41,064 nt of DNA from Bacteroidaceae bacterium (GTDB taxonomy: Bacteria; Bacteroidota; Bacteroidia; Bacteroidales; Bacteroidaceae), in NCBI GenBank assembly GCA_024398555.1, contig JAKSIW010000001.1, positions 1-41,064 of the forward strand, read 5' to 3'. Shown one piece after another: positions 29,058-36,137 of the stretch. Within the stretch, counting starts at the first letter, position 1, and each line of letters starts with the position of its first letter. A program made the position numbers and the translations under genes. The notes beneath the pieces are model-generated. The model saw only the letters and a program-made list of their open reading frames with translations, was not told the origin of the DNA and did not search any database.

Positions 29058-29143
29058 AGCTGCTTCCTGTTACTCTACAGTCATAATAACGCTGCCGTAT
29101 TTATTTTATTGTGTGTATGCGTGCGCGGGGGAAGTTGACGGAA

Positions 29144-29189
29144 ACGTAAAATGACGTTAAAACCTGAAACGGAAACAGAGCATTTTACG
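29144..29189. promoter_or_regulatory. 9-bp perfect inverted repeat (CGTAAAATG ... CATTTTACG, 28-nt spacer) interleaved with three ACGGAAA direct repeats; candidate operator
   Basis: Read directly from the sequence. The arms are at 29144-29152 and 29181-29189. ACGGAAA occurs at 29137, 29169 and 29187. The element sits immediately upstream of the ddh -7 box. Confidence 0.3.
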
Positions 29190-29197
29190 GAAATGTT

Positions 29198-29205
29198 TAT
29201 TTTTG
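29198..29205 (+). promoter_or_regulatory. -7 promoter box (TATTTTTG) for ddh
   Basis: Exact TAnnTTTG match 19 nt upstream of the ddh ATG. Confidence 0.4.
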
Positions 29206-29224
29206 TAGTACCAAACTTTTCATT

Positions 29225-30124
29225 ATGAAGAAAATCAAAGCAGCCGTGGTCGGTTACGGAAATATCGGCCGGTACGTTCTCGAGGCGCTGCAGGCAGCAC
29301 CTGATTTTGAAATTGTCGGTATAGTCCGCCGTGACAGCAGTAAGGAACAGCCTTCGGAACTGTCGTCATACAAAGTGGTCGGCAGTATTTCCGAACTGGA
29401 AAAACCTGATGTCGCGATTCTTGCCGTCCCGTCCCGAAAAACAGAGGAATATGCCGGTGAAATCCTGCGTCTTGGCATAAGCACCGTAGACAGCTTCGAC
29501 ATACACAGCATGATTCGCGAGACGCGCAGCCGTCTGGACAAGGTCGCCCGGGAGTATCACGCTGCGGCTGTAATTTCCGCAGGCTGGGATCCGGGATCTG
29601 ACTCTGTCATCCGTACACTCATGCAGGCAATGGCTCCCAAAGGACTGACCTATACTAATTTCGGTCCGGGAATGTCGATGGGACACTCTGTCGCAGCCAG
29701 AAATATTGAAGGCGTGAAGAATGCGCTGTCCATGACCATACCGCTCGGAACAGGCATCCACCGTCGTATGGTCTATGTCGAACTGGAGGACGGATACGAC
29801 ATCGATGCCGTAGCAGCCGCACTGAAGGCAGATTCCTATTTTGCCAGTGATGAAACCCACGTCATCAAGGTGGATTCCGTGGATGCTCTCCGCGATATGG
29901 GGCATGGTGTGAACATGACCAGAAAGGGCGTGAGCGGAAAGACTCAGAATCAGCTTCTGGAATATAACATGCGCATAAACAATCCGGCATTGACGGGCCA
30001 GGTGATGGTATGTGCGGCACGTGCCGCTCTCAGACAGGCACCGGGCTGCTATACCATGATAGAAATCCCGGTGATAGACCTGCTGCCGGGTGACCGCGAG
30101 GATATTATTTCAACACTTGTATAA
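29225..30124 (+). CDS. ddh: meso-diaminopimelate D-dehydrogenase
   Basis: 299 aa with the Rossmann N-terminus KAAVVGYGNIGRYVLEAL, plus SAGWDPGSDS and GPGMSMGHS motifs typical of Ddh. Confidence 0.9.
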   Translation: MKKIKAAVVGYGNIGRYVLEALQAAPDFEIVGIVRRDSSKEQPSELSSYKVVGSISELEKPDVAILAVPSRKTEEYAGEILRLGISTVDSFDIHSMIRETRSRLDKVAREYHAAAVISAGWDPGSDSVIRTLMQAMAPKGLTYTNFGPGMSMGHSVAARNIEGVKNALSMTIPLGTGIHRRMVYVELEDGYDIDAVAAALKADSYFASDETHVIKVDSVDALRDMGHGVNMTRKGVSGKTQNQLLEYNMRINNPALTGQVMVCAARAALRQAPGCYTMIEIPVIDLLPGDREDIISTLV

Positions 30125-30138
30125 CCAACCGCATTCAA

Positions 30139-30381
30139 ATGGCAAACGACGATCTGGTATGTGTCTTCAAGGGTCAGACCTTTGAAGCAGAGGTGGTGAG
30201 GGCCCGTCTGGAGGATTCCGGCATTCCCGCCATGATTCAGAACAATTCTCTGAGCGCAGTGTTCTCTTCATACACATATATGGCAGGACACGTGTGCGTT
30301 ATGGTAAATCCTGCCGATGTGGATGCAGCCATGGCAATTCTGGCTCAGGAAACAGACGGCGTAAATGACAGTCAGCTATGA
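30139..30381 (+). CDS. DUF2007-like putative signal-transducing protein (small, GlnB/PII-like fold family)
   Basis: 80 aa. The pattern VCVFKGQTFEAEVVRARLEDSGIPAMIQN...HVCVMVNPADVDAAMAILAQE matches the DUF2007 beta-alpha-beta / beta-alpha layout. Its stop overlaps the argF' start (ATGA). Confidence 0.7.
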   Translation: MANDDLVCVFKGQTFEAEVVRARLEDSGIPAMIQNNSLSAVFSSYTYMAGHVCVMVNPADVDAAMAILAQETDGVNDSQL

Positions 30382-31334
30382 GACATTTCACTGGTGTAAA
30401 GGATTTGGGCGATCTGCATGAGGCCATGCGCGAAGCCCTTGAGATAAAGCAGGACCGTTTCAAGTATGTCGGACTTGGTCGGAACAGGACCCTTCTGATG
30501 GTATTCTTCAATTCCAGTCTGAGAACACGTCTCAGCACTCAGAAGGCCGCGATGAACCTCGGCATGAACGTGATTGTGCTGGATGTCAATCAGGGTGCAT
30601 GGAAACTGGAGACGGAGCGGGGAGTCATCATGGACGGCGACAAGTCGGAGCATCTGCTTGAGGCTGTGCCCGTCATGGGCTGCTACTGCGATGTGATCGG
30701 AGTCCGCTCGTTTGCAAGATTCGAAAGTAAGGCAGACGATTACGGAGAGAAGATTCTGAACCAGTTCATAAGGTATTCAGGTAAACCGGTGTTCTCGATG
30801 GAGGCTGCCACAGGACATCCTCTGCAGAGCTTTGCTGACTATATCACTATCGAGGAGCATCGTACCAAACAGCGTCCGAAAGTGGTTATGAGCTGGGCTC
30901 CGCACCCCAAGTCGCTGCCGCAGGCTGTGCCGAATTCGTTTGCGGAATGGATGGTTGCTGCCGGATACGAGGTCGTCATCACCCATCCTGAAGGGTATGA
31001 GCTGGAGAGCCGCTTCACTGCAGGTGCCCGTATTGAATATGATCAGATGAAGGCTTTCGAGGGTGCCGATTTCGTCTATGCCAAGAACTGGTCCGCTGCC
31101 AGCGATGCCCATTATGGCCAGATATTGTCTATGGACCGCAGCTGGACGGTGGGTGAGAGGCAGATGGCCGTTACCGACAATGCCTATTTCATGCACTGCC
31201 TGCCAGTACGTCGCAATATGATTGTTACCGACGAAGTCATAGAAGGCCCACGCTCACTTGTGATACCGGAGGCGGCCAACAGGGAGATTTCAGCTACTGT
31301 TGTCCTGAAACGCATTCTGGAAGGTCTTGACTGA
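30378..31334 (+). CDS. argF': N-succinyl-L-ornithine (acyl-ornithine) carbamoyltransferase, ArgF' type
   Basis: 318 aa, nearly colinear with what I recall of the Bacteroides fragilis ArgF' sequence: FFNSSLRTRLSTQKAA, GAWKLETERGVIMDGDK, HPLQSFAD, HCLPVRRN and PEAANREISATVVLKR. Confidence 0.9.
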   Translation: MRHFTGVKDLGDLHEAMREALEIKQDRFKYVGLGRNRTLLMVFFNSSLRTRLSTQKAAMNLGMNVIVLDVNQGAWKLETERGVIMDGDKSEHLLEAVPVMGCYCDVIGVRSFARFESKADDYGEKILNQFIRYSGKPVFSMEAATGHPLQSFADYITIEEHRTKQRPKVVMSWAPHPKSLPQAVPNSFAEWMVAAGYEVVITHPEGYELESRFTAGARIEYDQMKAFEGADFVYAKNWSAASDAHYGQILSMDRSWTVGERQMAVTDNAYFMHCLPVRRNMIVTDEVIEGPRSLVIPEAANREISATVVLKRILEGLD

Positions 31335-31335
31335 C

Positions 31336-31950
31336 TTACTCTGCCCGGACTGTCATTTCCGTGATGTTCCCGTCGTAGTTGACGTATGATACCGAAATCC
31401 TGTCGCAACCTGACAGGATTTCCTTGTATCTCCCCAGAGGAACGGAGATATATGCTTTTCCGGTGTTGCTCCTGATATCACCGTTTTCATCGTGGAATAT
31501 CGAGAAAACCACGGTGGAATCGGTACTTTCGTCAATGACATCCAGCCGATGCCTCTTGTTCATCGCCTTGATTTCCAAAATCATGTTGAGCCATCCTCCG
31601 CCCACCCACAGACTGCGGATGAATATCGGATCGGATTCTGTTTCCTTATCTATGCGCCTTTTCGGAACTATTGTAAGGACGTTGCTTCTTGACTTGATTT
31701 CCGCATATCCGTCACTGTTTGCGATATACTGCATTATCTGACGGTACAGCGTGTCAGGACGCATGGTCACGGTGTCTTCAGTGACGTATCTGTTGCCCCT
31801 GTCGTCTGCAATTGCACAGATATGGCCCGCGTGATCAGTGTACGCTGTGACGAAATCGGTGATGATAGGAGGAACATAGTCTTCACTGCTGCAGGACAAG
31901 TACATGCACGTCAGTAAAACCGTCATGGACAATATCAGTCTATTCTTCAT
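31336..31950 (-). CDS. NigD-like lipoprotein (tentative)
   Basis: 204 aa with a lipobox (LLTCMYLSC at Cys20). Its two-domain layout includes IRSLWVGGGWLNMILEIK...KRHRLDV, which resembles my memory of the NigD_N/NigD_C families. This has not been checked by HMM. Confidence 0.5.
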   Translation of the reverse strand: MKNRLILSMTVLLTCMYLSCSSEDYVPPIITDFVTAYTDHAGHICAIADDRGNRYVTEDTVTMRPDTLYRQIMQYIANSDGYAEIKSRSNVLTIVPKRRIDKETESDPIFIRSLWVGGGWLNMILEIKAMNKRHRLDVIDESTDSTVVFSIFHDENGDIRSNTGKAYISVPLGRYKEILSGCDRISVSYVNYDGNITEMTVRAE

Positions 31951-33103
31951 TGCTGCCTGTTGCCTTTAAATGATTGATAAGCGGATTGGCGTACATCTCA
32001 AGAATCTTCGTGCGCAGGAATGCCCAGTCAGGATCGGGTAGTTCTATCCTGCGGAGCTGACGTGCGATGTATCTCTCGAAGTGTCTCTTCTGCCTGTCAG
32101 TGTAATGCGAATGACCCGATTCGTTTCCGTTCAGAAGATCGAGGGCAATCCAGTTGCACGGGAATATGCGATAGTTGCTGTGGATGCACCTGTCAATCAT
32201 CTCTGCAGCCTTTTCCAGCTGCTGGTTGCGCGGTATGCTCCTGTCTATACCGGCCAGCTCATCGTCTATGCATTCGGCAGTGCGGTAGAATACGTGCCCC
32301 TTGTGTCCGAAAATGCCTGTCTTCATGTTGACGAGATCATCCTCCCGGCTCTTGTGAAAGTCCGGGTCGTCACGTTTCTGCTGGAATTCCTTAGCTTTCA
32401 GCCAGTCGCACGGGTCATACTCGTAGCTGATGGCGAGCGGAACGATATGCAGCGATTCGAGTGTGTCTGCCGCACATCCCTGTCCTGACAAGGCCAGCAT
32501 CTTCAGCATGCTTTTCTGGGTGCGGTCATCGGAATCCTTGGCGCGACCTTCCCGCTGGGCAATCCAGACCGGATGCCTTATGACACCGATGGCAAACTGT
32601 ATGTATCGTGACAGCAGTTTCGATGATTCGATGAATTCGGATGGCGGCAGTGAACGTCGTACAATAAAGCTTCTGCTCAGTCTCACGAGGTCGTTGATCC
32701 AGGGTTTGGACAGCAGATTGTCCCCAATGGCTATCTCAACGCTGTCTGCTCCGTGTCTGATGAGAAGAATGTCTAGCAGTGCCGAATCCATCACGATATC
32801 CCTGTGATTGCTGATGAACGTCCAGTTGCCGTCCAAAGGATGGATTGAACTGAAATCCGCCTTGAATCCCTTGCTGACGAAAGCCATGTATATGACGACC
32901 AGCGGCGTCACCACCTTTTTGTGCAGTTCTGTGGCGTTTCTGCATTTCGCTGCGCGATGAAACATTATCATGCGCGGAATTCTGCCGAGAGTGGAATCTA
33001 TGGCTTCTGCAAATTCCCTGTCTGCAAGCAGACGCTTCATCACGGCTTCAAACTCCTCGTCCGTGTATGGCCTTATGATGTCAAATTCTTCCGGAATTTT
33101 CAT
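31940..33103 (-). CDS. PlsC-family (1-acyl-sn-glycerol-3-phosphate-type) acyltransferase
   Basis: 387 aa. Block I-like NHRDIVMDS, block III-like AQREGRAKD and block IV-like IVPLAISYE are present in the canonical order. Confidence 0.7.
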   Translation of the reverse strand: MKIPEEFDIIRPYTDEEFEAVMKRLLADREFAEAIDSTLGRIPRMIMFHRAAKCRNATELHKKVVTPLVVIYMAFVSKGFKADFSSIHPLDGNWTFISNHRDIVMDSALLDILLIRHGADSVEIAIGDNLLSKPWINDLVRLSRSFIVRRSLPPSEFIESSKLLSRYIQFAIGVIRHPVWIAQREGRAKDSDDRTQKSMLKMLALSGQGCAADTLESLHIVPLAISYEYDPCDWLKAKEFQQKRDDPDFHKSREDDLVNMKTGIFGHKGHVFYRTAECIDDELAGIDRSIPRNQQLEKAAEMIDRCIHSNYRIFPCNWIALDLLNGNESGHSHYTDRQKRHFERYIARQLRRIELPDPDWAFLRTKILEMYANPLINHLKATGSNEE

Positions 33104-34080
33104 TTCTTGAAGCTGTCCTCGATGATTTCCGTCAGTACATCCGTTATCTCCATCCCGGCAGCTCTGATCTGCTGGGGAATGAAACTGGTGGGGGTCATGC
33201 CCGGAGTAGTGTTGACTTCCAGGAGATTGATCTTCTCTCCTTCAGTGATGATATAGTCATTACGGATAATGCCATGACATCCGACCAGATCGTATATGCG
33301 TGAAGTCATAGCCTGTATCCTGTCGCGCAGTTCATCGCTTATTCGGGCCGGAGTGATTTCGGAAACCAGACCGTTGTATTTCGCATCATAGTCGAAGAAC
33401 CCGGTTTCGGGTACTACCTCGGTGACAGGCAAGACCACGCTTTTGCCTGATGTCTTGTAACATCCGTTTGTCACTTCCGTTCCGTCCAGAAATGACTCTA
33501 TTACGATTTCATCATTCTCCAGGAAGGCATCTTCAACGGCCTTTGCTATCTGACTGCGGTCCGTAATCTTGGTGGTTCCGAAGCTTGATCCGCCGGCGGA
33601 CGGCTTGATGAAACACGGTATGCCAACGCCTTTCTCCACCTCATCGGGAGTGATGCTTCCACCCTTCTTCAGTACCATTGCCTTTGCCACATTCACTCCC
33701 AGACTCTCCAGATAGCGGTTCAGCTTGTACTTGTCGAATGTCAGTGCGGATGCCAGCACACTGCAGGTTGAGAACGGAATGCCCATCAGTGTGAGATACC
33801 CCTCGAAGATTCCGTTCTCTCCGGGAGTGCCATGAATGATGACGTATGCATAGTCAAAAACCGTCTTCACTCCATCGGCCGTATAGCTGAAGTCATTTCT
33901 GTCAATCGGGTATGACCGGCCGTCCTCCGGCTGGGCCAGCCATTCCTTTCCGTGAATGTCAACGATGCACGGACTGTAGAGCCCGCGGTCCAGATATTTG
34001 AATATGGTGGCCGCGCTCTTGTGCGACACCTCCCTTTCTGACGAATCACCTCCTGCTAGAATTGCAATATTCCTTTTCAT
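33100..34080 (-). CDS. ddl: D-alanine--D-alanine ligase
   Basis: 326 aa with IAILAGGDSSEREVSHKSA, HGTPGENG, an ATP-grasp core (FIKPSAGGSSFG) and LLEVNTTPGMT. Confidence 0.95.
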   Translation of the reverse strand: MKRNIAILAGGDSSEREVSHKSAATIFKYLDRGLYSPCIVDIHGKEWLAQPEDGRSYPIDRNDFSYTADGVKTVFDYAYVIIHGTPGENGIFEGYLTLMGIPFSTCSVLASALTFDKYKLNRYLESLGVNVAKAMVLKKGGSITPDEVEKGVGIPCFIKPSAGGSSFGTTKITDRSQIAKAVEDAFLENDEIVIESFLDGTEVTNGCYKTSGKSVVLPVTEVVPETGFFDYDAKYNGLVSEITPARISDELRDRIQAMTSRIYDLVGCHGIIRNDYIITEGEKINLLEVNTTPGMTPTSFIPQQIRAAGMEITDVLTEIIEDSFKK

Positions 34081-34092
34081 ACACTTTTGTGT

Positions 34093-35157
34093 TTATTTAT
34101 TCATCTTTTCTGTATAGTCCCTCCACTTTCCCAGGAGCGAGGCCATGTCATCCGGCATTTCTGAAGTGAAGAACATCTCCTGTCCTGTGACCGGATGCAC
34201 GAAGCCGAGCGTTCTGGCATGCAGGGCCTGTCTGGGGCATGTCGAGAAACACTCTTCCACGAAATGCCTGTACGGAGCAAAAGTCGTGCCTTTCAGAATT
34301 ATGTTGCCGCCATACCTCTCGTCACTGAACAGCGGATGGCCGATATGCTTCATGTGAACGCGTATCTGGTGTGTGCGGCCTGTCTCAAGCCTGCATTCCA
34401 CCAAAGTCGTGTAACCGAATCTCTCCAATGTGCGGTAATGGGTCACGGCATGCTTCCCCTCGGACGGGTCGAATGACACCGCCATCTGCAGTCTGTCCTT
34501 CGGGTTGCGTATTATCTGACTTTCCACCGTACCTTCCGACGGGTCCGGCTGCCCCCATACCAGCGCCTGATATGTACGCCTGGTCGTCTTGTCAAAGAAC
34601 TGCTTCCCGAGGAATGTCTTGGCAAATGGCGTCTTGGCCACCACCAGCAGACCCGATGTGTCCTTGTCGATACGATGCACCAGTCCCACCTGAGGACTGT
34701 TCGGGTCATAGTCCGGATTATCCCTGAGATGCCAGGCCAGTGCATTCACCAGCGTTCCGCTGTAGTTGCCGCATCCGGGATGCACTACCAGACCTGCCGG
34801 CTTGTTCACCACGAGCAGACAGTCATCCTCATAAACTATGTCGAGCGGAATATCTTCAGGAGTGATTTCGGTGCTGTATCTGGGACGGTCCATCATCACC
34901 GTCACCACATCCAGAGGCTTGACCCTGTAATTGCTCTTGACAGGCTTCCCGCCTACCATCACCATTCCGGCTTCGGCAGCTTTCTGTATTCTGTTGCGGG
35001 ATGCATGCTCCAGATGCTCGAACAGGAACTTGTCCACGCGCAGCAGTGACTGCCCGCGGTCGGCGACCACACGGAAATGCTCGTACAGCTCCACCGTCCC
35101 TTCCTGCGGCTCAAGGTCGTCGAGGGAGTCTTCAAGTTCTTCGTCAAGTGATGCCAT
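34093..35157 (-). CDS. rluD: 23S rRNA pseudouridine synthase, RluD (RluA) family
   Basis: 354 aa with an S4-like N-terminal domain (RVDKFL...SRNRIQK...V.VGGK) and the catalytic HRIDKDTSGLLVVAK, plus GRTHQIRVH. Confidence 0.9.
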   Translation of the reverse strand: MASLDEELEDSLDDLEPQEGTVELYEHFRVVADRGQSLLRVDKFLFEHLEHASRNRIQKAAEAGMVMVGGKPVKSNYRVKPLDVVTVMMDRPRYSTEITPEDIPLDIVYEDDCLLVVNKPAGLVVHPGCGNYSGTLVNALAWHLRDNPDYDPNSPQVGLVHRIDKDTSGLLVVAKTPFAKTFLGKQFFDKTTRRTYQALVWGQPDPSEGTVESQIIRNPKDRLQMAVSFDPSEGKHAVTHYRTLERFGYTTLVECRLETGRTHQIRVHMKHIGHPLFSDERYGGNIILKGTTFAPYRHFVEECFSTCPRQALHARTLGFVHPVTGQEMFFTSEMPDDMASLLGKWRDYTEKMNK

Positions 35158-35183
35158 GCTGCTGTATTATTCGAAGGAATGTG

Positions 35184-35786
35184 CTATTCGAAGAAAGACG
35201 TGTCAATGTCTATGACTGAGTCCTCCGGCATATAGTCCTCACCGTTACCCACTACAATGGTGAGAATCGAACCCTCCGGAATCTCCTCTCCGTCTCTGAC
35301 AGTCCGTCCCTTCAGGCGGACTTCATACACCCAGTCCTTCTCACCTGCAATGAATTCAGGTTCCGTGAGCTTGAAGCCTGCACTCTTCAGCTTTGACTCA
35401 GCCGCCCGCAGGGAACTGTTGTCGGCAACGTCGGGTACGCGTATGGTGGGAATCCTTCCGGTATTGACGGTAAGATGTATGATATGGTTTGCCTTCACTC
35501 CTGCGCCGGCCTTGGGACGCTGCTCTATAACCTGCCCCTCCTGCATGTCGGCCTCGTATCTGAAGTCGCTGATGTCATATCTCAGGCTGCATGCCTCCAG
35601 TGCGGCGGCGGCTTCCTCCTCTACCATACCGGTGATGTCAGGTACGGATATGTACTGGCCGTGCCTCGTGTATGAACTGATCCATCTGAACAGGAATATC
35701 AGCAAAATTGCTGTCACGGCTGCCATACAGCCGATATGTATCAGTATCCGTGCCCATCCGGGAATCCTTTTCTCCTGCCGTTCCAT
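35184..35786 (-). CDS. PASTA domain-containing membrane protein
   Basis: About 200 aa from the ATG at 35786 (MERQEK...). One TM helix (ILIHIGCMAAVTAILLIFLF) is followed by tandem PASTA-like repeats (VPDITGM...EAAAAL and VPDVADNSSLRAAESKLKSAGF). The upstream in-frame starts at 35825 and 35855 overlap or precede the predicted -7 box. Confidence 0.7.
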   Translation of the reverse strand: MERQEKRIPGWARILIHIGCMAAVTAILLIFLFRWISSYTRHGQYISVPDITGMVEEEAAAALEACSLRYDISDFRYEADMQEGQVIEQRPKAGAGVKANHIIHLTVNTGRIPTIRVPDVADNSSLRAAESKLKSAGFKLTEPEFIAGEKDWVYEVRLKGRTVRDGEEIPEGSILTIVVGNGEDYMPEDSVIDIDTSFFE

Positions 35787-35812
35787 ATACGCGTATATAA
35801 ATAATGTGTCCG

Positions 35813-35820
35813 CAAAGTTA
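35813..35820 (-). promoter_or_regulatory. -7 promoter box (TAACTTTG on the minus strand) for the PASTA-rluD-ddl cluster
   Basis: CAAAGTTA on the plus strand lies 26 nt upstream of the ATG at 35786. The same 12-mer GCAAAGTTACTC is found upstream of cca. Confidence 0.45.
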
Positions 35821-36032
35821 CTCATTTGGAATGAACATTCCACCTTTTGGCACACGTTTTAAAATCATGTTCCATGTCGCCATGCATTATTATTCAGTCC
35901 TGCGCTTGCAGAAATAGTGACATTTTGTTAAAAAAGATAATGCAAACCGCTCTTTCTGACAGTCTTGGCCCCTGCATTGCTAAAAAATGTCATTTTTTGT
36001 AGAAAAAAAGATGGGCAAAATAGAAAAATGAG

Positions 36033-36040
36033 TAATTTTG
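36033..36040 (+). promoter_or_regulatory. Candidate -7 promoter box (TAATTTTG) for the SusC/SusD operon
   Basis: This is the only exact TAnnTTTG match in the 282-bp AT-rich leader, 97 nt upstream of the susC-like ATG. An imperfect TAACTTTT lies at 36119-36126. Confidence 0.3.
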
Positions 36041-36137
36041 TGTTCTAAAATGGTTTTATAGCAATAGTTATGCATATGCGGTGCATTATTATGCGGAAAA
36101 ACGAGTTTGATTTTTATATAACTTTTAATTAAATCTT

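Noticed and set aside
29058-29224. A possible lysine (L-box) or other riboswitch upstream of ddh.
   Set aside because: The predicted -7 box lies only 19 nt from the ATG, so the leader is too short. The region also lacks the conserved L-box helices and core that I remember. The repeats fit a DNA operator better.
36070-36132. A 20-codon upstream ORF (MHMRCIIMRKNEFDFYITFN*) ending 5 nt before the susC-like ATG. Also a 6-codon ORF at 36011-36031 and a 16-codon ORF at 35867-35917.
   Set aside because: They lie in AT-rich DNA, where short ORFs arise by chance. There is no evidence of conservation or translation signals, and I cannot support them as genes. They are mentioned only as a possible leader-peptide hypothesis to test alongside the repeat-rich leader.
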